Of a stretch of DNA of 56,668 nt, positions 19,555 to 28,298 are shown one piece after another. The position numbers and the translations under genes were made by a program. The stretch is from the NCBI GenBank assembly GCA_964486655.1, contig CAZAON010000436.1:1-56668 (forward strand), in the 5' to 3' direction. Source of the DNA: an uncultured Flavobacteriales bacterium. Lineage in GTDB: Bacteria; Bacteroidota; Bacteroidia; AKYH767-A; 2013-40CM-41-45. The notes beneath the pieces were generated by a model, which had not been told where the DNA came from, made no database searches, and was given only the letters and a program-made list of their open reading frames with translations. Numbering within the stretch: position 1 is the stretch's first letter; every line of letters begins with the position of its first letter.

Positions 19555-20568
19555 CTACCTCGGCGACTGCATAAACTCCGCCCAGGACTTCTTTTTATAA
19601 ATGTCATCGCCGTAAAAATGACTGATATCTTTCAGGAAAGAAGGAGAAATGTAAGAAGGTATTACGTCAATTGTTTCCAGGTTTTCATCCAGTACAATAA
19701 GAGAAGGAAATGAAATTGAATTACGCCCCATTTGTATGGCCAGCTGATGAAAAGGCAATTGGGGTGATCTCGCATTAAAAAATTTCTGTCCCTTGAATAG
19801 AATGGTATCGGTCATCTCCGGATTGAAATCCACTACATTAAATTTTTCAGAAATGTATTTTACAACAGATGAATCTATGAAAGAAGTCTTCATAACCTTA
19901 CAAGACGCACACCAGTCAGCCGAAATTCTCACAAGTGATTTTTTCCCGTTTGGCATTTCGAATGCACTCTTTGGAGTCATCCATTTTATTTTCTTTTCCT
20001 TTTCGCTTAATGTTGAATCGAAAAATGTTTTTTCAAATTGGGCATTGAAATCATCGTAGGAACAGTTTCTGCCTGCATTTTCAAGTACAAAAATTAATAT
20101 CGGTTCAATCTTCTTCTGGTCAAGATAACCGTTTGCAATCATGTTTACACGGAATTCATTTTTTGTCGAATCATATCCGTTCAGAAACAAGGTTGTCGGG
20201 TACATAAGTTTCCCGCCTAAAAGTTTTATTGCAAGAGGATGCGTAGTGCGGGGCTCGGGTGATGTCGGTAAATACTTCTGACCCAGAAATTCTACAGTAT
20301 CCTTTCCTTCGGCATTAAATTTTACCGGATAAAAATTTGTGTTGATGTATTTTGCAAGTTCCTGATTCGCATACGTAGTTTTCATCATCGTCTTGCACCA
20401 GCCGCACCAGTCGGTATAAAAATCAACGATTATTGGTTTGTTGAATTTCTTTACTTTCTCCATTGCCTCTTTCAGAGACATCCATTGCACATAACTGCCT
20501 TCATAATCGGGCGTTTGAGCGGAAATGCTTGTTGAATAAATCAGAAATAGAAAAAGAAGTTTTTTCAT
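19555..20568 (-). CDS. secreted protein with two thioredoxin-like domains
   Basis: ATG 20568 gives MKKLLFLFLIYSTSISAQ. It has two CxxC motifs in a thioredoxin context (DWCGWCK and DWCASCK). Confidence 0.75.
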   Translation of the reverse strand: MKKLLFLFLIYSTSISAQTPDYEGSYVQWMSLKEAMEKVKKFNKPIIVDFYTDWCGWCKTMMKTTYANQELAKYINTNFYPVKFNAEGKDTVEFLGQKYLPTSPEPRTTHPLAIKLLGGKLMYPTTLFLNGYDSTKNEFRVNMIANGYLDQKKIEPILIFVLENAGRNCSYDDFNAQFEKTFFDSTLSEKEKKIKWMTPKSAFEMPNGKKSLVRISADWCASCKVMKTSFIDSSVVKYISEKFNVVDFNPEMTDTILFKGQKFFNARSPQLPFHQLAIQMGRNSISFPSLIVLDENLETIDVIPSYISPSFLKDISHFYGDDIYKKKSWAEFMQSPR

Positions 20569-20600
20569 GGTGTAAATATAAGTCAAAGGAGGAATTAATT

Positions 20601-20687
20601 AGGAGGAAGGAGGAAGGATTAAGGATTAAGGACGAAGGATTTAGGACGAAGGATTTAGGATTAAGGATTAAGGATTAAGGACAAAGG
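20601..20687 (+). repeat. 12 tandem 7-mers AGGAnnA (purine-rich)
   Basis: Units are aggagga x2, aggatta x2, aggacga, aggattt, aggacga, aggattt, aggatta x3, aggacaa, then agg. Confidence 0.95.
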
Positions 20688-20709
20688 CAATTTCTCAAAA
20701 CTCGTAATA

Positions 20710-20765
20710 TTGGAATTCTGGAGTACTGGAATGTTGGAATGTCGGAATGCTGGAACGCTGGAACA
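20710..20765 (+). repeat. 7 tandem 8-mers NTGGAATN
   Basis: Units are ttggaatt ctggagta ctggaatg ttggaatg tcggaatg ctggaacg ctggaaca. It shares the 19-mer ctggaatgttggaatgtcg with the array at 34254. Confidence 0.95.
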
Positions 20766-21112
20766 CTACCCACCGAAGAAAAGATTGAAGGAAAAGGATC
20801 CGCATGGAGTTTTTACCCGGCCGGATCAACTTTTCCCGATTTATATTTTTTATGCTTTCTGTTTGTTCCGTGTTATGTCATGCAATATATAATTCGGGAA
20901 AGGGAAGTAAAATGTGATTGGTGAATGTTGGGTTTAGGAGTGTGAGTGTGACCCTTGAGAATGGCATTCTCTTAAACCGGCGGCTACCCTCCTCCCCGCT
21001 AACTATTATCTACCGACGGTTTCATGATATCTGCACTAAATATGTGAAAAACCCTCATCTTTCCAAACAAAATGAATCGTACTTTTATACCCCCTTATTA
21101 TAAAACCAAAGA

Positions 21113-24100
21113 ATGTCCAAAAATTACATCATCACCTTCATTATTACCGCTTTTTTTGCAACCGTTAATGCAGCCAATCGCCCCGTCGCAGAAGAGGTTC
21201 AGCGAATGCATCAATTGAATGTTTCATTCTATCCTTACGATGTTTTTTCAAATGTAAAATCGATCGACGATCCGTTTAAAAATGAATTGTCGAAGGGAAC
21301 GCAGGCAGAAATTATTCCGGGAAAACTCAGAGCTCTTGTAAGCAGCGGCCCTGAAGCCATTTCAATCAGCATACCGTTTGAAGGCACAACAATTACCGTT
21401 GATCTCGTTCGTTCAAAAATCTTTACTGATGATTTTACGGTTGTTACAGGTGAAAATAAAGTTTATCCATATACACCGGGAGTTTATTACAGGGGGATCA
21501 TCAGAAACAATCCGAATTCAATTTCCGCATTCAGTTTTTTCAATGGAGAATTGTACGGTACGATTTCCGACAATGCCCATGGAAACATTGTTATCGGAAA
21601 ACTAAAAACACCGGGAAACAATTCGCAGTATGTGATTTATTCAGACAAAGACATTCTTCTTCCTTTTCCTGATTTCTGCAATACAACTGAAAAAGAACCT
21701 GCCGCGTTAACAGCTGAAAAAGGTCTTCGCACACAAGCCTTATCAACGAATAAATGTGCAAGAATTTATTATGAAGTTGACAATCGTTTATATGATGATA
21801 ATGGCAGCGATGTTGTTGTTACGACAAACTGGATAACAGCGGTACACAATAATATTCAGACTCTTTTCGCCAATGATAACATAAGCGTGGCAATGAGCCA
21901 GGTTTATATCTGGACTACGAATGATCCTTATAACGGAGCAAACTCCTCCGACCAGTTAAACACTTTCAAATCGACCCGACTTACGTTTAATGGCGACGCG
22001 GCTCAGCTTGTCGCGAAAGACAACAATTACGGAGGTCTTGCATGGGCCGACGCTTTATGTTCTTCATTCCATTACTCCTATGCCGATGTGAATTTCAATT
22101 TTCAAACCGTCCCGTCTTATTCATGGACCATTGAAGCAATGACCCATGAGATCGGTCACACACTCGGATCCTATCATACGCATAATTGCGGGTGGCCGAT
22201 TGGAGCACTGGATGATTGCTATACCACAGAAGGTGGCTGTCCGCCCGGACCAACTCCCGTGAACGGCGGAACAATCATGAGTTATTGTCACCTCAGTTCG
22301 ACAGGCATTAATTTCAACAACGGATTTGGACCGTATCCGCGTGATACGATTATCTACCTCGTAGATCATGCCGCTTGTCTTGGCACATCATGCACCGCCT
22401 GTCCGGTTCCCGCACATGATGGTTGCGCTTCTCCGGCGACACTGAGTGTTTCATCCAATTGCGTTTATACCCCGGGAAACCTGTGCGGCTCCACAGAAAC
22501 GATGGCTCCATTTAACTGCAATGGTTTTACGGCAGCAAACGGATACGACGTCTGGTATAAATTCACTCCGCTGCAAACTTCCGTCAACATAAATTGTATT
22601 TCAGGTCTGGCTACAGATGCGGTGATTGGTATTTATTCGGGAACCTGCGGGAATCTTACTCTTATGGATTGTTCCGATGCAACAGGCTCAGGCGGAACAG
22701 AGACGATCAACGCCACTGTAACAGCCGGAACCACATATTTTATTCGGGTGTATGACCACAACAGCAATACCACCGGAACTGATTTTGCCATTTGCGTTTC
22801 ACAAAATTGCGTCGGCAATACTAACAATGGCTGTGCTTCGGCAACATCACTTTCAATCGGAAGCACATGTTCGTATACAAACGGTGACTTATGCGCCGCA
22901 ACGCAATCATTAAATCCGTCGAATTGTTCAGGCGCACAGGCACAGGATGCACTTGACCTGTGGTATTCAATTACTCCGACACAAAATGTTGTTCAAATCA
23001 CAGGATCATCGGGAACGAATACTGATTTAATTGTTGGTCTTTACGGCGGCGCTTGCGGTAATCTTAATTTAATCAGGTGTATTGATACTACCGGCGCGGG
23101 AGGTACTGAACAATTTACAGTTACACTTACACCGGGAACAACCTATTATATTCGGGTTTACGACTGGGCAGGAAATCAATTCGGCACCGATTTTAGAATA
23201 TGCGCGAAATACATTTGTTCAACACCGCTTTCGCCTACGTCCGCTTCTGCTTCAGTAAATCCGTTATGCAATGGTGATTCAACAACACTTCATCTGGTTG
23301 GTACACTTTCACAATTTGCAACCTGGGAATGGTACCAGGGAGCTTGCGGCGGAACACATATCGGATCAGGTACTTCGGTGAATGTTACACCATCAGCAAC
23401 AACTACCTATTATGTGAGAGCTGAAAACGGCACATGTATTTCATCATGCAAAAGTGTAACGGTTACTGTGAATACGCCTCCAACCGCACCTGTTTCCGCT
23501 GTTGCAAATCCGGATACAATTTGTCCGGGCAGCAATTCATCATTGACCGTTACCGGAACACTTTCAGGCGGAGCAGGATGGTATTGGTATGCCGACTCAT
23601 GCGCCGGAACCGCGACAGGTACCGGTTCAACAATAGTTGTTAATCCCGCATCACCAACAACTTATTTTGTGCGAGCGCAAAACGGGGCTTGCTTTTCAAG
23701 TTGCATTTCAACTTCATTAATTTTGTCTGCTGCTCCTTCAGCACCGGTTTCAATTACTTTATCCAATGACTCTGTTTGCCTTGGTGACAGTGTAACGCTG
23801 AATGTAAACGGAACCCTTTCATCAGGCGCACTTTGGTATTGGTATACTGATTCATGCGGTGGTACCGCTTTCGGACAAGGCCCGGCATTAGATTTACTTC
23901 CCACAACTTCTGATACATATTATGTCAGAGCGGAAAATGCAAACTGTAACTCTTCCTGTATAAATACAACTGTAACCGTCAATCCGCTTCCACTTTCTCC
24001 CGTTGTGATCGTGAACAGTGACAGTCTTTCCGTACCTGCTGAAGCAGGCTATCAATGGTATTACAGCAGCACGGGAACTTTATTTAATCCGTTTGCAACA

Positions 24101-24466
24101 ACGCAGCAAATTAAAGCGACACTTGATGGTTATTACTTTGTTTCTATAACTGATTCAAACGGTTGTTCTGCCAATTCAGACACGGTATATTATAATGAAA
24201 CCGGATTGAATGAAAATTTATCATCAAACAAGATTTTTGTTTTCCCTAATCCGGCAAACAACCAGCTGAATGTTATTATTCATGATAATCAGAATACACT
24301 TTATACGATTAAACTATACGATGCAACCGGGAAGATGATCCATTTTGAAACTGTAGCTGCCGGTGTTCTTAAAAACATTCCTTTAAGCGGATTTGCAGCC
24401 GGAATATATGAGTTGGTTGTTTATTCGACTGACAGGGTTTTCACCCGAAAAATTATTAAAGAATAA
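21113..24466 (+). CDS. reprolysin-like (M12B-type metzincin) zinc metalloprotease with repeated Cys-rich modules and T9SS type A CTD
   Basis: 1117 aa with HEIGHTLGSYH (HExxHxxGxxH) and a downstream IMSY Met-turn. It has two ~120-aa modules (C..YDVWYKFTP..IGIYSG.CGNL..YFIRVYD) and four ~75-aa modules (C.GDS..L...GTLS....W.WY...CGGT..YYVRAEN). The C-terminus is VFPNPANNQLNV. Confidence 0.85.
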   Translation: MSKNYIITFIITAFFATVNAANRPVAEEVQRMHQLNVSFYPYDVFSNVKSIDDPFKNELSKGTQAEIIPGKLRALVSSGPEAISISIPFEGTTITVDLVRSKIFTDDFTVVTGENKVYPYTPGVYYRGIIRNNPNSISAFSFFNGELYGTISDNAHGNIVIGKLKTPGNNSQYVIYSDKDILLPFPDFCNTTEKEPAALTAEKGLRTQALSTNKCARIYYEVDNRLYDDNGSDVVVTTNWITAVHNNIQTLFANDNISVAMSQVYIWTTNDPYNGANSSDQLNTFKSTRLTFNGDAAQLVAKDNNYGGLAWADALCSSFHYSYADVNFNFQTVPSYSWTIEAMTHEIGHTLGSYHTHNCGWPIGALDDCYTTEGGCPPGPTPVNGGTIMSYCHLSSTGINFNNGFGPYPRDTIIYLVDHAACLGTSCTACPVPAHDGCASPATLSVSSNCVYTPGNLCGSTETMAPFNCNGFTAANGYDVWYKFTPLQTSVNINCISGLATDAVIGIYSGTCGNLTLMDCSDATGSGGTETINATVTAGTTYFIRVYDHNSNTTGTDFAICVSQNCVGNTNNGCASATSLSIGSTCSYTNGDLCAATQSLNPSNCSGAQAQDALDLWYSITPTQNVVQITGSSGTNTDLIVGLYGGACGNLNLIRCIDTTGAGGTEQFTVTLTPGTTYYIRVYDWAGNQFGTDFRICAKYICSTPLSPTSASASVNPLCNGDSTTLHLVGTLSQFATWEWYQGACGGTHIGSGTSVNVTPSATTTYYVRAENGTCISSCKSVTVTVNTPPTAPVSAVANPDTICPGSNSSLTVTGTLSGGAGWYWYADSCAGTATGTGSTIVVNPASPTTYFVRAQNGACFSSCISTSLILSAAPSAPVSITLSNDSVCLGDSVTLNVNGTLSSGALWYWYTDSCGGTAFGQGPALDLLPTTSDTYYVRAENANCNSSCINTTVTVNPLPLSPVVIVNSDSLSVPAEAGYQWYYSSTGTLFNPFATTQQIKATLDGYYFVSITDSNGCSANSDTVYYNETGLNENLSSNKIFVFPNPANNQLNVIIHDNQNTLYTIKLYDATGKMIHFETVAAGVLKNIPLSGFAAGIYELVVYSTDRVFTRKIIKE

Positions 24467-24477
24467 TAGTTTGCGTT

Positions 24478-24525
24478 CTAAAAAACAGGATTTCATTGAA
24501 AAAATTCTGTTTTTTAGCGCTTTTT
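24478..24525 (+). terminator. rho-independent terminator after metalloprotease gene
   Basis: ctaaaaaacagga pairs with ttctgttttttag, followed by cgctttttgagtttttt. Confidence 0.7.
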
Positions 24526-24709
24526 GAGTTTTTTCAATTTTAGTTTTAACGGGATTTTTTCATGACAGCCTCCCCTTTTCGTACTTTTTAAATTCACTTT
24601 CCCGCATATCCTGACCAGCAAAGAAAATTAGGATTTTCCCCGAAATCCGCTACCTTGCATGCCCTGTAGCCCTCTCTCTGTCAATCATATACTTCACGTA
24701 AATCCAGTT

Positions 24710-26782
24710 ATGAAAAAACTATTACTCGTAATTATAGCTGTTGTGTCTTATTCATTCGCGAATGCGCAATGCACAACAACTAATGCAACAAGTTGTCAAT
24801 GCAGAGATTCTGCACAGACTGATTGTGATTTGTTGCCGGATATTCAGCTCGGTCATCCTCCATTTTATCAATACAATACTCAGTACGGAATTATCGAGTA
24901 TTCGCAAACGGGAAACGGTGTTGACAATGGTCGTTTGAAAGTAACGGTATCCACGCCTAATCCGGGAATGGGACCTTTAGAAATTCATGCTACGAATATT
25001 TTCGTCTGTGGTACTGATACATTTGTCGGTACAGCGCCTGCTATTTGTCCCGACGGAGTGACGTATCCGAGAATTGTAATCAATCAGAGGATCTATCATA
25101 AGAACGGGTCAACGATGACATACTGGGATCGCTTTGCGGGAACGATGACATATCACCCGACTCACGGTCACATGCATGTTGACAACTGGGGAAATTATAC
25201 TTTACGTACACGCGATACAACTGAAGCCAATCCGCTTAACTGGCCGTTAATCGGAGCAGGTTCAAAACTTGCATTCTGTGTAATGGATTATGGAACATGT
25301 CAGGGCTGGCCCGACCATTGTATGGATACTTCCGGAACAATTGCATTGAACTCGAACAGTGATTTTCCGAATTACGGACTTGGCGGAGGTAACTATGGCT
25401 GCTCTCCGGTAATGCAGGGAATTTCTTCAGGCTATATGGATGTTTACTGGACATCGCTTGACGGAATGTGGATCGATCTTCCGAAAGGACTTTGCAATGG
25501 CGACTATTGGATAGTATGTGAAGTGGATCCGAATAACTTTTTCCTCGAAGAAGATGAGACGAATAACGTTTATGCAGCACCATTCACAATTACAAAACAA
25601 CTCGACTCTTTAAACTCCGAGCCGTTGTTGATTAACATTGAAAACTCCCTCACCGATGTTTGCCCGGGCGAATCTGTTACTCTTACTGTTGCAAGTCCAA
25701 TGGTAGATAATACTTATGTGTGGAGCAATGGCGCCACCACTAAATCAATCTCTGTTTCTACTCCCGGCAATTACAGTGTACAGGTAAACAGTCAGTGTGG
25801 CAGTGCCGCTTCATTGCCGGTAACCATCAATACGACAAGTCCGCCTTCTTCTCCTGTCGGTGAAAACGATACGATTCCTGCAGCAGGGACTGCAGTATTG
25901 AATGCGACTTCTCCATTTACGGTTAACTGGTATGCACAGCCTGTCGGAGATACAATTCTTGCAACAGGAAATTTATTTAACACTCCTGTTATTAACTCTA
26001 CTACCACATTCTATGCTGAAGCAGTTGAAACACATCCGGGAGCATCATTCAGCACAGGCTTGGCTGACAGTATTGTGGGCGGTATTGGCGGATATTATAA
26101 TGGTGATCAGTCAATGATCTTCGATTGTTATAACACATTCATATTACACTCTGTTGTAATTTACTCACCGATTGCACAAAACATTGTTGTTGAACTCCGC
26201 AAATCAAGCACATTGCTTCAGGCTGTAACAGTTCCTGTTGTTGCGGGACAGAATACGGCTGTGATTGACATGCTGATACAACCGGGCAACGATTATTACC
26301 TCACTCGCGGAGGAACAGCTGAGCTATACAGAAACAATCCTGCGAATATTAATGTTGGATTTCCATTCGACATCGCGAATTTCTGCAGTATAAAAACAAC
26401 TACTGCCGGAGATGAGTATTACTATTTCTTCTACGACTGGAAAATTAAGTTGCCTGATCACAACTGCGTAAGTCCCCGTGTACCTGTTGAGGCCGTTGTA
26501 TTAAATCCGACATCCGCTTCAGATGTGGAATTCCTAAAATCAATATCAGTTTATCCGAATCCCGCGAAGAATGCATTAACAGTATCATTCAAGAGCACTG
26601 ACAATGATTGTGAAATTCAGTTAATCAATTCACTCGGACAAATTTCAATGAGAAAGAAAATTGCAGCCGGAAGTGTAACAGTAAAAGAGACAATGGATAT
26701 TTCACAACTTTCGAGAGGTGTTTATAATGTTCACATTCTTTCATCAGGGAAAAACTATTATCATAAAGTAGTTATTAACTAA
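24710..26782 (+). CDS. lysyl-oxidase-like (LOX catalytic domain) protein with T9SS type A CTD
   Basis: ATG 24710 gives MKKLLLVIIAVVSYSFANAQ. YHPTHGHMHVDNW aligns by eye with human LOX WHSCHQHYHSMD. GSKLAFCVMDYGTC aligns with GHKASFCLEDTSCD. GISSGYMDVYWTSLDGMWIDL...DYWIVCEVDPNNFFLEEDETNNV aligns with [21 protein letters not shown]...[23 protein letters not shown]. The C-terminus is SVYPNPAKNALTVSF. Confidence 0.75.
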   Translation: MKKLLLVIIAVVSYSFANAQCTTTNATSCQCRDSAQTDCDLLPDIQLGHPPFYQYNTQYGIIEYSQTGNGVDNGRLKVTVSTPNPGMGPLEIHATNIFVCGTDTFVGTAPAICPDGVTYPRIVINQRIYHKNGSTMTYWDRFAGTMTYHPTHGHMHVDNWGNYTLRTRDTTEANPLNWPLIGAGSKLAFCVMDYGTCQGWPDHCMDTSGTIALNSNSDFPNYGLGGGNYGCSPVMQGISSGYMDVYWTSLDGMWIDLPKGLCNGDYWIVCEVDPNNFFLEEDETNNVYAAPFTITKQLDSLNSEPLLINIENSLTDVCPGESVTLTVASPMVDNTYVWSNGATTKSISVSTPGNYSVQVNSQCGSAASLPVTINTTSPPSSPVGENDTIPAAGTAVLNATSPFTVNWYAQPVGDTILATGNLFNTPVINSTTTFYAEAVETHPGASFSTGLADSIVGGIGGYYNGDQSMIFDCYNTFILHSVVIYSPIAQNIVVELRKSSTLLQAVTVPVVAGQNTAVIDMLIQPGNDYYLTRGGTAELYRNNPANINVGFPFDIANFCSIKTTTAGDEYYYFFYDWKIKLPDHNCVSPRVPVEAVVLNPTSASDVEFLKSISVYPNPAKNALTVSFKSTDNDCEIQLINSLGQISMRKKIAAGSVTVKETMDISQLSRGVYNVHILSSGKNYYHKVVIN

Positions 26783-26800
26783 TAAGAAAAACTAAAATGA

Positions 26801-26846
26801 AACCTCTGAAAATCGCTTCACAAAAAGATTTTCAGAGGTTTTTTAT
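26801..26846 (+). terminator. rho-independent terminator after LOX-like gene
   Basis: aacctctgaaaatc (26801-26814) pairs with gattttcagaggtt (26827-26840), followed by TTTTTAT. Confidence 0.8.
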
Positions 26847-26874
26847 TTTTAAAAGAAATACGAATTCGTAGTAA

Positions 26875-28095
26875 ATGAAAACACTGACCCTCTTCATCGC
26901 ATTAATCATATTGCCGCTTCTTGTATCTGCCCAGGCATTTGTAAACTATGACAGGTTCAATTCGCCTTTGCCCGACAACCAGGTCCGTTACATTGCGATT
27001 GACAGTTTAAATAGAAAATGGTTTTGTACTGAATTTGGTCTGGCCGTTTTTAACGATACGAATTGGACAATTTATAACACAACTAATTCCGGCATCAGCG
27101 ATAATTCGATTAAACATCTTGTGTTTGACTCTGACGGTGTTGCGTGGATATCCACTCAGTCGGGAGGTATTTGCACATTCGACGGAACAACATGGCAAAA
27201 TTATATTCCGGCAAACTCCGGACTTGCATCAGACTTTGTAAGGAAAATTACCATTGATTCGTTGGGCAACAAATGGATATGTACCAACAATGGCTTAAAT
27301 TATTTTGACGGAACAACATGGACGGTTTATAACATAACCAATTCAAACATTCCGGTGAATCATGTTTCGAATGTTGAAATTGTAAATGACACATCGCGTT
27401 GGGTAGGGACGATTAATGGCGGATTATTGTGGATGGTGAATGACACATTTACCATTTACAATGTACCAACCAATACATTTCCTGATAATTCCATGTTTGA
27501 TTTAAAGAGGGATGTGAATGGATTTTTATGGGTGGCCTGTCCCGCAGGCGGATTAGTGCGCGGATTGGGTTCGACATTTTATAGTTTCAATACGAGCACT
27601 TCGGGTATTCCAAGCAATTCATTCAATGCTTTGTTGATTGATTCGCTTCAGAATATTTATGTCGGTTCATTTGACCACGGCCTTGTAAAAAAGACGGGAA
27701 GTTTTTTCACCTGGTGGGATACGCAAAACAGTCCGATGCCCGATGATCTTGTTTTCTCCGTTGCACAGGAGAAGAACGGCATCATATGGATGGGAACAAA
27801 TGCGCATGGAGTTGTTCGCTTTGATGAAAACAACTGGGTGGGAATTGCTTCTGAAAATGAATCCGAGCAAGTCGGTTTATTTCCGAACCCTTTTCAGAAT
27901 TATTTACATGTCAATTCAGGTTTAGAGATCAAAAAGATCACGGTCATTGATCACACAGGCAGAAAACAATTTGAGAAAGTAATGAATTCAGATGCGGTGA
28001 TTGATGCAAGCCGGATTTCTGCAGGTATTTATTTCATTTCGATCGAAACAAATACGGGTGTTTACATTCAGAAGATGATTAAAACAGCGGAATAA
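26875..28095 (+). CDS. beta-propeller protein with two-component-regulator propeller (Reg_prop)-type repeats and T9SS type A CTD
   Basis: Signal peptide MKTLTLFIALIILPLLVSAQ. It has repeated D..G..W.GT..GL..FDGT.W..Y units. The C-terminus is GLFPNPFQNYLHV...GIYFISIE. Confidence 0.75.
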   Translation: MKTLTLFIALIILPLLVSAQAFVNYDRFNSPLPDNQVRYIAIDSLNRKWFCTEFGLAVFNDTNWTIYNTTNSGISDNSIKHLVFDSDGVAWISTQSGGICTFDGTTWQNYIPANSGLASDFVRKITIDSLGNKWICTNNGLNYFDGTTWTVYNITNSNIPVNHVSNVEIVNDTSRWVGTINGGLLWMVNDTFTIYNVPTNTFPDNSMFDLKRDVNGFLWVACPAGGLVRGLGSTFYSFNTSTSGIPSNSFNALLIDSLQNIYVGSFDHGLVKKTGSFFTWWDTQNSPMPDDLVFSVAQEKNGIIWMGTNAHGVVRFDENNWVGIASENESEQVGLFPNPFQNYLHVNSGLEIKKITVIDHTGRKQFEKVMNSDAVIDASRISAGIYFISIETNTGVYIQKMIKTAE

Positions 28096-28100
28096 ATTAA

Positions 28101-28298
28101 GGGAACCTCTAATAACCTATCGTTCGCTTAATACGCAGAGATTTTTCTTCCAGACGAGGCGCGACGAAGGATGATACTGAGGCTAAGTATCAAACTGAGG
28201 AGCAACGAAGTATGGAAGAAAAAGATCAAGTTGTAAAATATTATTTCTTTTCAAATTCAACATAAATATTAAGCAACGAGAGGTTATTAGAGGTTCCG
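28101..28298. repeat. 198-bp element with ~33-bp terminal inverted repeats, flanked by TTAA on both sides (MITE-like, or an extended bidirectional terminator)
   Basis: The left arm gggaacctctaataacctatcgttcgcttaata (28101-28133) pairs with the right arm tattaagcaacgagaggttattagaggttccg (28267-28298), with 31 of 33 positions complementary. TTAA is at 28097-28100 and 28299-28302. An inner pair is tttttcttcca / tggaagaaaaa. Confidence 0.8.

Noticed and set aside
19385-20765. I asked whether the tandem arrays could be CRISPR arrays.
   Set aside because: The units are 7-8 bp and contiguous, with no 25-40-bp spacers. There is no leader and there are no cas genes anywhere in the window.
20463-21103. 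ORFs 20463..20678, 20710..20892, 20739..20924 and 20918..21103 in the divergent spacer.
   Set aside because: The first three run through the AGGAnnA and NTGGAATN arrays (e.g. GLRIKDEGFRTKD, WSTGMLECRNAGTLE). The fourth has no recognisable features and sits in the promoter region of the metalloprotease gene.
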